Below are positions 53,496 to 64,000 of a stretch of DNA of 64,000 nucleotides, piece after piece (position 1 is the stretch's first letter; the number at the start of each line of letters is the position of its first letter). Below the pieces are notes generated by a model. The model was not told where the DNA came from. It was given only the letters and a program-made list of their open reading frames with translations, and did not search any database. The translations under genes and the position numbers were made by a program. The stretch is from Chara braunii (taxonomy: Eukaryota > Plantae > Charophyceae), in assembly GCA_003427395.1 (NCBI GenBank), contig BFEA01000022.1:3385532-3449531 (forward strand), given 5' to 3'.

Positions 53496-56376
53496 ATGCC
53501 TATACGACGCTATAGCCCCGTGGACATGCTGAAGATTGTGTCAGCAGAATATACCGCCTTGCAACTAACTCTGATTACATATCCGAAACGTGTGCAGGAT
53601 GAAGATAGCATCCTCATGGGATGGCACCCGGAGCTTGTTGCTGCCATCAGACCCTTCTCAGCACTGCGACCACCCATAGTACACTGCCAGATCGCTATGC
53701 TTGCTTTCCCTACAGATGTCTTACTGCAGGTATATGAAGCTACGCTGGGACGAGCTCCATTCCTGATCGAAAACCTCTCCTTCAGCGATTGGGCATTGCT
53801 TGTCCACGTCATGCAAAGCAAGCCACAGAAGCTGGACGCCAAAATTCAGAACTTTGCAAGCAACATCGTGGATTCCTGCAGAAAGGCAGCTATCGAGAAC
53901 AGAGAACTGAACCTTATCACAGCCAAAGCTGAGAAGGTCATTCTCGAGCTACATGGATATGATTCTTCACACCTTGATTCCGCAAGACAAATCTCCATCA
54001 CCGAGAGAATTGAAACCTTCAGCGAGACCTACATCAATCGAATGTCACTCTCGCAGGCCGAACTTGAGTACTTAAGGAAGAAGGAGACCGAACGAAGGAG
54101 CAATGCACACACTGAGATTACACCACTCACAAGAGACGCAGGGCATAAATATGCTAAGAATAGCCTATTCTTACCGCTGGCATTAGCACCTGGACAAAGA
54201 AGGTTGTGCAACGCGTCCATAAACGACTCTGGAAGCTTGACACCTTCAACTACACTGCGCCTATCAGCATGGAAGCATACATGGCACTTGCCGGGATCAC
54301 AGACGCAGAAGTAGATAACTGCCGCACTGCTGCTAGGAATGACACTATCTACTTTCCAGCGACTAGAGGCGGTTTAGACGCAGAGTTCCTGCCGATTGTC
54401 AATCTCGAGAAGGGGAAATGCCCAAAGGGACCGCTCCTCCATCAAAAAGGCATCCCGAAGTTCCCCGCAGACCTCTCTGAGCTCAAAACGCTCTGGAACG
54501 CAGGGAGGCCATATCTGACGTGTGCATACACCGGATACGAGAAGAACTTCACATGGGTCAACCACATGATCTGGTACGTCATCGGAAACCTGGACAAGAT
54601 TGACCCACATGCTCCATCGGACAAGATCAGGATGCTTGAATTCCAAGCACTCCTTCGCACGACATGAAGAAAGTCGATACTTGCGCAGATCTCCTTCATC
54701 TTCATGAGAGAATACATGATCAAGATCGTGAACCTTCTCACATAGAACAGAATGATCTCTGCAGAGGAAGTACTGGTGTACGAAGACTTTAGGAACGTGC
54801 CATTCATGCACAAGTTCATTGCTGCACTGCTCCCTGGCATTGAAGGGCTCCTATCGCAATCGGCAAACGCAAGGCGCTGCGCAGATGTTGAAGACAATTC
54901 GCTGAGAAGATGTAGACAAATGAGGCTCGGCAGCACGCCAACCTCAAATGTGTCGCTCACCACACCGGTGCAAACGACAGCCACCACTCCAATAGAGCGG
55001 ACAAACACAGGCAGCACACACACAAGACCCATTGGCACCACACCTAGCAACATGCTGGTAACCAACAACACACCATGCCGAACTATTCCCACACTTGCGC
55101 CGACAACAACCATCACAAATGGACTGCAGCACACACGATGCCGCAACACACATGCAGACTAACACCACAACATAACACAGCGACAAACACACCGTATCGA
55201 AGCACAACACCCGTGAGCCTGAGTGCCACAGCAAGTACAGTTGTCCACGCAATACATAGCACCGAGAACAGCGTAACACCCAACGTCAACTGCAACACTG
55301 CACCCGCGCCACAAGGACACACACCCGTAACTGACGCAGGAACCTCGAACAGACCAGCAATAGAAGGCTTCGCTCAGGTACAGACAAGAGGTAATGCCTT
55401 TGCCATTACTGCTGCACAGCTCGCAGCACGACAAACCAATGTAGCCTCCACTGGCAACGCCACCCTCACAATCGCCCCCACTGCTGCGCAACCTGCAACA
55501 AGACAGACCAACATAGCACACACTAGCTACACACCACTCGTGAACAACCCAACCACACCACGTACGACACACAATGGAGCTAACACTGAACCCGGGTTCA
55601 CAATGTCACTTCCGACACACCTAACCACATACATGAATAACCAAACTAACACAGCCTGCACTGATAGCCAAAGACAGGCTCGCCGGCGAAAACAACTTCT
55701 TAGTATAGCCATGAATCCCCTTCCAGCTGAGGTCAGAAGGAACCGCAGAAGAGGCAACAGAACACAAAAAGTTCATCCTCTTCAGGAAGGGATGCATACC
55801 AGAAGACAAACAAGAAGGAAGAAGCCGCAGTATGATGGAAGACAGCCAGACATACATGAAGCCTTCCTGGCACAACAGCTACGACACCCAATGGTTGCAG
55901 CTCACTAATAGGCACTATCACAAGAAGCGTCTGGAACAACGACAGTCCAAGCACAGACAAGCCCTCCGATGCTGCCAAGAGAAGATCGAGAATGGGCGCC
56001 ACGCCCAGACCAGATCCTGGGACAATGGACGAAGAGGGGCACAACTGCGGTAATGCCCTCCTCAGAACAGCATGTCGCAACAGACCTTGAGGTTATCCAA
56101 GTCGGCAGTTGTGACATCAATGACGGAGAGAGAAGACAATTCCCCATCACAATCAGCTCACCATCACCAGGCACCCCGATCCGTCCAATCTCTGCCATCG
56201 ACGCCTTGAGAACGAACTACGGAGCTAGCAGCGTGAATTCTTCACTGCTCCGAACGAACAGTGGAAACATGGCGCACATGACCCAGTCACAATCCTCGGA
56301 GGAGTCCTGGAAGCGCGTCTGTCGGAGACTCAGCCCAGAGTACCAGTACAACTTTCCTAGCATCGCTAGAGGCTAG
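53496..56376 (+). pseudogene. Decayed accessory ORF of unknown function (~960 codons reconstructed)
   Basis: Five consecutive ORFs (53496, 54206, 54752, 55075, 55969) join with two frameshifts and a few point stops. Globular-looking N-half, Thr/Pro/Ala-rich linker, Arg-rich patch. Confidence 0.7.
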
Positions 56377-57869
56377 CTCGACAGGGAACTGCAGTAGATT
56401 GTAGAACGAAGACTGTCATTTTAGCTCGCGCAGGCTTGGTTACCTATAGACATATGAATTATTTCCAACCCTTATGAGGATTTTTATTGACAAGAGAACG
56501 CGCTGATTAACGTCTTGTTTAATAAAAGATGGCACGCGGCTTGGGCCGTTTCCACAGGCTCAGAAATACTGATAGATTCCGGCTACTTTATTCTTGGTTG
56601 ATAAGCATTCTTAATTTTGTGGTTCTTATCTGCTGAGTACGTAATCCGGACTATCCACATCACATTCCTAGCGTACCTTAAAGCCTTTACTACAGATAGT
56701 AGCATCAGATCGCTAATACATCAGTAGTAAACCAAAATAACGAGAGCCCGGTTTGCGACAGTTTTTAGAACTTGCAAGGCAGGTTTCTTCATTTTTTAGG
56801 TGGTTACATTCTTGTCCTCTTTTCCTCTCTTAAGAACAGTAGAACGCTTGCGCATAACAACAACTGGTTAACCGGCTGAGAAAGTCATCCTTCTAATAAT
56901 AATAGTTCTTGCAGCACTCTGTTTGGGCCATGTACACGAACTCAAACAGGACTGCTAGTTCCCTGCTACTAACCTATAAATTGGTTGATTGGGTATCTAA
57001 TGTGCTTGCTTTACCTTTTTTTCATTGTCTTATAATTTCTTTAAAAGAAGAAAATTGCCGCTACTCCAAAACCCCTTCTGATAACTGGGTAAATAATAAG
57101 CATGCAACTGTGAAATGCTTGCTTTCATGGCTCCCCATTAAAATGCCACCCCCCGTAGCTAGAAAACCCAAATGTTATATTTCTTTCCTCGCCCCACAAA
57201 TACCAGATATCATCAAAACCCCCTCGTTACATCCTACTCCCCTAAACAACGGTAAGGAAAAGATAACATTGACACAACAGCTATTCACAGGACATTGACT
57301 CAAACTGGAAATGATCGTACTGCTGGTCTTACTACCCGTAAAAAAAAGTTGGTTCCACACAGTCCGGCACATCAAACATGAACTTTGTGAACGCAACTTC
57401 AAGTTACAAAGCTTAATTCAACGATTATGCATTAACTAAAAATACATAACTAAAACTATCACAGCTAAAGAGAATACCCTCCCAAAAAGTATCAGATCCC
57501 CAACCCCCCCTAAATATATGCTCAGCACAAACGCAGATACAACTAGAACTATACAATTTACCTCCTATAAACTGAGTTGTATGCACCACTCCCCAATAGC
57601 TCATGCATTGCAACCCACCATAAAGACTGAGCTAACATTTACATCCTGCTACCTTGCCACTTATTCCAAGCCAGAACAAAAATAACTAACAATATAACAA
57701 CAGACAACCCACGTTCAAGACATACACCTCCCCCATACCAGACTGTCCTGCACCTACCATGACGGCTAAACCATTTGCTCGATACCCTAATCGATAAACC
57801 CGCTAGCTCAACCTATGCTTGCCTTCCTATGATGCTTAGCAGAACCATAACACTATATGACTGTCTCTT

Positions 57870-59991
57870 GTGCAGGCACATCGACTACAGACAATGGAGG
57901 ACAGGAGACTTGGTTGGAGATCTAAGATGGAAGCAAACAAACACGTCATCTCCTGCCACTATGTTAACAGATTAATGGACCGATTTAAGTTCAAAAATAT
58001 TTTCCGGAACATACTACTCAAGCACAACCTGGAAGCCGCACCGACTCTGGAAAAATTCACATTCTCCTGGAACTATAATGATCACATCGCCAAAACGCTG
58101 TACAAACTTGCAGCAGTCTTCCGAGACTTCACCCTGACAACTTGGATAGAAGAACTACCGGAAAAATGTTATTGCCAACAGCCAAGATATAAGGAATTCT
58201 CCAACAAACTTGCTGCTGACCTACTACCGGAACAAGAGACACCACACGTCACAACACTGGATCTCAACATAACTAATAACACCGAACTACGAAACATAAT
58301 GAAGAAAGGACTGAACCATATCCCTACCCCTACACCGAACCCTGACGACGTAGTTACAACAGCAAGCAACGTGTGGACACAATTCAGTCTTTCCCTCGAA
58401 AAACACGGTATACCTTTCAACACCTCACAAAAACAACAAGCAAAAAAGAACTTCGACAAAATAATCAAGGAAAACCTCGAAAACATAACAACACACAAAG
58501 TAGTAAGCATACATGATCATCCAATCAAAAATGAGATTAACTTATTGACAAAACACTTCTACATATCTGTGACAAAGCCCCCAACACCATGGTGTTTTCA
58601 TGCATCAACCTCATGAGATTGCTGACCCTACAAAGGTTAACTAGCCCAGACTTCGAAGCACACTCAATAACTGTCACTGAGCTACTGCAGAATATTAAAT
58701 ACCAACTAACAGTAAAATTCCCAGACATCCCAATTGGGAAAATGAGACTCCCCTACTTATTCGCTACATACAAGAAACACAAGAACTCATTCCGCCGGCT
58801 AACAAATGCAGCGGATGTCATCTCGACGCCATTGGCAGACTTAGCAGCAGCAGTGCTTGGCGCCCTAATCCGAATGGTCAAAACACATTGCGGCATTACC
58901 ACACTGTAAACATATGCACAAACGGGACTCAAAGTCCCCTACTGGTGGCCCATAGATTCAACCCCTGACTACACATACAACCTGCCAGATGTCGTCAACT
59001 TGGTATTCTCCGCGGACATCACAAGATGCTACGAAACAATACCTATTGACGATAGCCAAGACGACCTACCTGCAGCCATTCAATTCTTCTGCAAACTAGC
59101 ATTCAGACAGGCTAGGAAAACCTATGGGAGAAATGTTGAACTTGCATGCAGAATCTACAACTACAAAGGAACATGGATTTCTACATGCGAATGGTACATA
59201 AACCCACCAAACGGTCATCTAACTATCAACGAGAACATTATTAAGGAAATCAACAACTGACTCATTAAAAACGCTTACACATCCCTCGGATGCAGCATCT
59301 GAAGACAGGTTCTCGACATACCCATGGGTGTTAGTTGCTCATCTGTTTGGTGCAAAATATACTTTTTCAAGTATGATACAAATTTATGAAGAAATTAACA
59401 CATAAATGCAACAGACAACTACTACCCCTATTTCAACATGTCTTCCGCTACTTCGATGATTTCCACATACTAAACAACCCCAGAATCCACGAATTCCTAA
59501 ATCCAAATATAACCAGCCCACGCAGTCGTTACTATATATACCCCTTACACCTCATTACGTTAAACAAACAAACCACATATAAAATCCAAACAAATGGTAA
59601 CAGCATCGGGATACAAGCAAACTTTCTGAACACAACCTTAACCATCACAAACCTGCAAACTGGGCAATACACAACAAGAAAATTTGACAAGAGAAGGGAA
59701 CTGGGCTTCCCCATTACACGTTTCATACAAGCCAACTCAAACAGACCGCTTCAGCAATCGCTCAACCTTCTAATACCACAGATCATCACAATCATGACCA
59801 TTGAAACAGAAAACGCGCACGCTGCAAAAGAAATCAAACTAACGTTATGCTCACTCCAAAATAATGGCTTTAGATTACACAGACTACTGGGCATCGCAAA
59901 GAAAGTGCTAAAAAATCCCCCGAACTACCAACCCTTTCGTTGCAACCCGGATATCGTACTACAACTGCTGTTATTAAAAATACAGAACTAG
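57870..59991 (+). pseudogene. Penelope-like reverse transcriptase, Naiad/Chlamys-like, frameshifted (frame may extend upstream to about 57145)
   Basis: HVTTLDLNITNNTELRNIMKKGLNHIP; RLPYLFATYKKHKNSFR; YWWPIDS; FSADITRCYETIP; RQVLDIPMGVSCS; FRYFDD; IYP; ANFLN; FDKRRELGFPITRF, in PLE RT order. Confidence 0.88.
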
Positions 59992-60288
59992 TTGCACACA
60001 ATGAATAATAACTAGAACGCAAGCCAACCACGGGCATAATAATAGTAAAAATTATAAATAAACCTTCGGTGTGTGTTAGCCAATTAAACTGGCTTGGTAC
60101 GGATGGAGGACCTATCCCAAATGGGGTAGGTCCACCATCCACCCACCATCCATGGACCTACCCCACTGGACCTCCATTACGAGGGAAAGGGGAGGGACAC
60201 ACACACACACACACATACACGCACACACACACACTCGTACATTAGTCCTACAGACATACTCTTGCACACACACACACACAAATATACA

Positions 60289-61869
60289 CTTCCAACCCTC
60301 TTCTACAAAATTATACCTGCAGAATGTGATTAGATAAAACATGTAAAGGTACCACAATAAAAAACAAATAGAGCTGCATAATGAATAAGTAAGTACACAC
60401 ATAGACATATTTAGAAACAATATTTTATATATATTTATATATACATATGTAAATACACATATAGAAATACCTACACAAGTGTGACACAATAGGTGCATAC
60501 GGCACAAATATGCACAATGTAGAAGCTACATAACACAGAACGTAGCAGACAAACCACCCACTACAATTAAATTGCCGGCACGAAAAACTGCACAAACGGG
60601 TTATGGGACCATCTACTGCACACTCTGCGGCACAAATAAGAACTCCACGCGTACCAGGACATAAACATAAAAAAATAATAATAATTAAAAAACTTAAAAA
60701 GTGAAAAATACTACAGATTAAAAAATGTCATACAGACCCAAAGGCCAAAAATGCCTGCGCAAAACCGGACAACAGGTCTACAGATCACCACCATGCCGAA
60801 ATGACAAAATAAAAAACGCGCACGACAACCCAATCCGCAAGATGACCGCACGCACACGCCGAAGCGATAGCAGGAAAAACGGGACGACACACATATGCCA
60901 CACAGACGAAACGCCAACATCGCCTGAGGACAAAACATATCTAAAGATACAAGCTCGGAGACCACCATAGCCAGTCCACGATACAACAATATAAACAAAA
61001 CCAAAACAAGACAAAGACGTGACCCCCCAAGGCAACTACTTCCTACAATTGCATCCCCTTTTTTTTCCCTTATGCGCAAACGCACCAGAAATGAGACTTT
61101 CCAAAAAAAACCTCTGCAATACGCCATACTTACCCCATGCAAGAACATCTTCTTGCTCCACCTCACCTTACCCACCATGCTGCAAAACACACATATACAC
61201 CCCACTCGCGGGTTCCCCCTGCGCCCCCTTCCATGGCCTGGCACACTGCACACGCTACTTATATCCCTTCACACCCATACACCTCCTCCTTTGCTTGAGC
61301 GCAGGACTTGCCGCATGCCAGCGAGCTTGAATTATACACGCCCCTGGCGGTGCTGCATACCGCGAGTGCAAGAGAACAACCTGGCACGCTTAACCGGTCG
61401 CTCCGGCTGATAGGGCACTCGGCTGTGCCTCTCATTCTGCGCTTCATACAGTGTTGCGCCTGACTTCTCACCAGCCTTCAGCCAATCCAGCTATGGCGAC
61501 GACTGATGCGACGACTTCACCAGCTATGACCACTCAGGTATGGACAGTCTATCCAAACCTCTAATTGCCGGTTGGTTTCTTATAAAAAAAGCCGTAACTA
61601 TTACACCCTTACCCTTATGCTAACAGGAGCCTGATGACTAATCCCTCCAATGAGCTGCTATGGGTGCTAGGCAGCGAAAAGCGCGCTTAAGGGCGTGCAC
61701 CCCCCCTATGGTTGGGTCCTCAAACCCTCTCCTAACCCCTTCTAACCTGCTAACACTAATCCTAACTGCTCCGTAAATCTTACACATTGTTGTGTGAATA
61801 CTGTGTGTGACTAAAATGACTAACTGGCTATGTCTATTGTCCCCATTCTTGGGATAGCTGTGTTCTTAC

Positions 61870-61872
<3 letters not shown>
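60289..61872 (+). repeat. 3' pseudo-LTR of the PLE
   Basis: Direct repeat of 45467-47155, followed by (C)73 and (CA)n. Confidence 0.92.
61642..61702 (+). ncRNA. Second hammerhead copy with a mutated core (CCAATGA)
   Basis: CCCT-CCAATGA-GCTGC..GCAGC-GAAA-AGCGCGCT-TA-AGGG; loop GGGTGC is complementary to downstream GCACCC. Confidence 0.75.
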
Positions 61873-61943
<71 letters not shown>

Positions 61944-61946
61944 ACC

Positions 61947-61978
<32 letters not shown>

Positions 61979-61980
61979 CC
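61871..61980. repeat. (C)73 followed by (CA)n at the PLE 3' junction
   Basis: Seen directly. Confidence 0.95.
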
Positions 61981-63520
61981 CCGGACGATAGTTGGCCAGT
62001 AGAAGCAACAACTTTTTTTTTGTGGCGTAAATGGGATATCAGGTTTAAGACTCTTGTTGAAGATGCATTTGTGAATAATAGTGATTACACATTAGAGCCA
62101 GACGCAATGGTAGACGATGATGAGATCGTGATCACAAACGCTAAATCTGCAAAATTTTGGAAACGCGCACAACAGGTAATTAGAAACGAAAAAGGTTTAG
62201 AGCAAAATGGTCAAAATCGTTACATTGTGCCGTTTACGTTGTACTCCGACAAAACATATGTAGATGGTCACATGAAAACGACATCATACCCTTTGATGTT
62301 ATCACTCGCCGATAGACCGGATCGTGCAAAACTGCTAGCTTACTTCCCGATCTTACATCCGCTTCCTCACATTCATGGATGAACAAGTAAGGCGTCCGCG
62401 TTCATTCGTCGCAAAAGGAGTCTTTTCCATGAAAGTCCCGCTATCATTCTCAAGGAAGCAAAAAAAATATCTCACGAAGGAATGCAAATGCATACCTCAA
62501 GGTATGAAAATATTACGGTTCATCCAGTGTTGTTAAATTACATACAAGATCATCGTGAAAGGTGTCTTTTGACACTTGTAAAGAACGGACGCTGCCCAAC
62601 GTGTATTGTGCCCACTGACAAACTTCATGAGCACATGGATTATAGTACTTTAGCGAGAACAGAGAATGTGGACCGCAGTATTTTGCACGACATTCATCAT
62701 GAATCTGATGAATCAACACATCATGAAGCGTTAGGTTTCGCCAATGAATGCGGAATGCACTATAATATTCCTTTCAATGGCCTTTGGGGGTTTTATCAAG
62801 GTTCTTCCAACAACGATTTGATGTTTGATTACCACTATGCGCAACAACCAGATCGAATGCACACCATAGATCATGGGATATTTGAATATATGATCGAAGG
62901 TGTAAAAACGTTTTGCAATTCATTCGACCGGGCATCCGCAATGCAAGGTGAGTTAAATGCTCGTCTCAAGCAAATCAGCCTTAGAGTCCGTCGTTCGTTC
63001 CAAAAGTTAATGCTACCTGTCGCCACAGGAGCCGATTTCTTCACTCGCGAAGGGCGATTCGAAGAAAAACAATATTGAGCTGTCATGTCAGTTATATTGT
63101 TTATTGTTCATAATTTTGTGGACAGCGCTTAGGGACGCGACCTTGTCAAATGGTTTGATATGTTTCTAGAGTATTTGAGGAGTATGTTTCAAATGACGAA
63201 ACATACGACACAATCGCTTAACATGTGTGAAATCTTCTAAAAGAATTTATGGATTTCACAAATCTTCGATTCAGCCATTTACAAAAGTCAAATTGGAAGA
63301 TAAAGAAAATGCATGACATGAACAAGTTCAAAGCAACAGTGTTGTGGTCAGAATTGCCAAACACATTTGTTGCAGACATTTGGGAACATAACCACATCCG
63401 TCTTTGCAAAAATCCTTATCATGCTTCAAATCGCCGAAACCCTTTGCGGCAAATGGTGAAACACATTGTACGTGCAACAACACTAGAATAACACGTATCA
63501 AAAGTGAGGGTGAGACGTCG
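61981..63520 (+). pseudogene. Plavaka-family transposase, N-terminally truncated, with stops and a frameshift
   Basis: PFTLYSDKT..YPLMLSL, LLAYFP, LFH..IL, VHPVLLNYIQDHRERCLL..RCPTCIVP, PDRMHTIDHGIF, KKMHDM...WEHNHIRLCKNPYHASNRRN..QM match the Plavaka motif series. ORFs 62020 and 62482 are in the same frame. Confidence 0.82.
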
Positions 63521-64000
63521 CAGAGAAGACGAAAATTGGTCGTCGGTATTAGAGACGGAGAGGACAGGACGAAATGTGTTATCTTCTACTGATATAGGGC
63601 GATTGCAATTGAGGTGGTTCAGAATAACTGATGAAATCATAAACGAACAAGTTGTATCATTTGACACTGAAGCATCAAAGTTTTTGTTTCATCTTCTTGA
63701 AAGACAACGATTTCATCTATGTTTAATTCCTCGCTCTCCTCTTTTTGATGTTTTTCCACTTACCTTTTTTGTCTGCTCTTCCTTTGCTGGAATTTGGTTT
63801 CCTCGTTTCACATGTTTATTAGTTGGTGTCCCCTTCCACTTCCTCGAGGTTTTTTCTGTTCTTGATGAATCTCATTTATACTTATACCACGACGCGCTTC
63901 CCCCTTTCGTTGTTTTCCATTTTCGTTCTCGTCTTTGTCTTTGACCTTTTGGAAACGAATTCATTGTCTAGTCTTGTCCAACGTCTTATATCCTCTGTAT

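Larger units (their letters stand above)
45417..61980 (+). mobile_element. Giant Penelope-like retroelement (Naiad/Chlamys-type RT), unit about 14.7 kb
   Basis: Direct terminal repeats without TG..CA ends, PBS or PPT; a hammerhead motif in each repeat; PLE-type RT just upstream of the 3' repeat; microsatellite flanks. Confidence 0.85.

Noticed and set aside
56540-56620. 'AGIYQYF' on the minus strand as a GIY-YIG motif
   Set aside because: Wrong strand relative to the RT, flanked by stops, and no YIG/YVG partner motif.
45467-61872. Interpreting the 1.6-kb direct repeats as LTRs of an LTR retrotransposon
   Set aside because: No TG..CA ends, PBS, PPT, protease, RNase H or integrase; the RT is PLE-type and the repeats carry hammerheads.

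Overview
Repeat-dominated eukaryotic scaffold with N gaps; I found no intact host gene. The gag-like proteins, microsatellites and TE types suggest a streptophyte alga such as Chara, but that is inference. Left half: nested Ty3/Gypsy LTR retrotransposons, including a full-length but decayed chromovirus at 4830-14274 (1.2-kb LTRs, PBS, PPT, 4-bp TSD), other LTR/gag/pol fragments, hAT-type MITEs with 8-bp TSDs and small palindromic elements. Right half, the most interesting part: a very large Penelope-like retroelement (PLE) at about 45417-61980 with a unit length of about 14.7 kb. It has ~1.6-kb direct terminal repeats that each carry a minimal type I hammerhead ribozyme, a decayed Naiad/Chlamys-type reverse transcriptase with no GIY-YIG domain visible by eye, a decayed ~960-codon accessory ORF of unknown function, a possible antisense ORF remnant and internal repeats. 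It ends in (C)73/(CA)n directly against an N-terminally truncated Plavaka-family transposase pseudogene. All protein assignments are motif recognition by eye; no searches were run.
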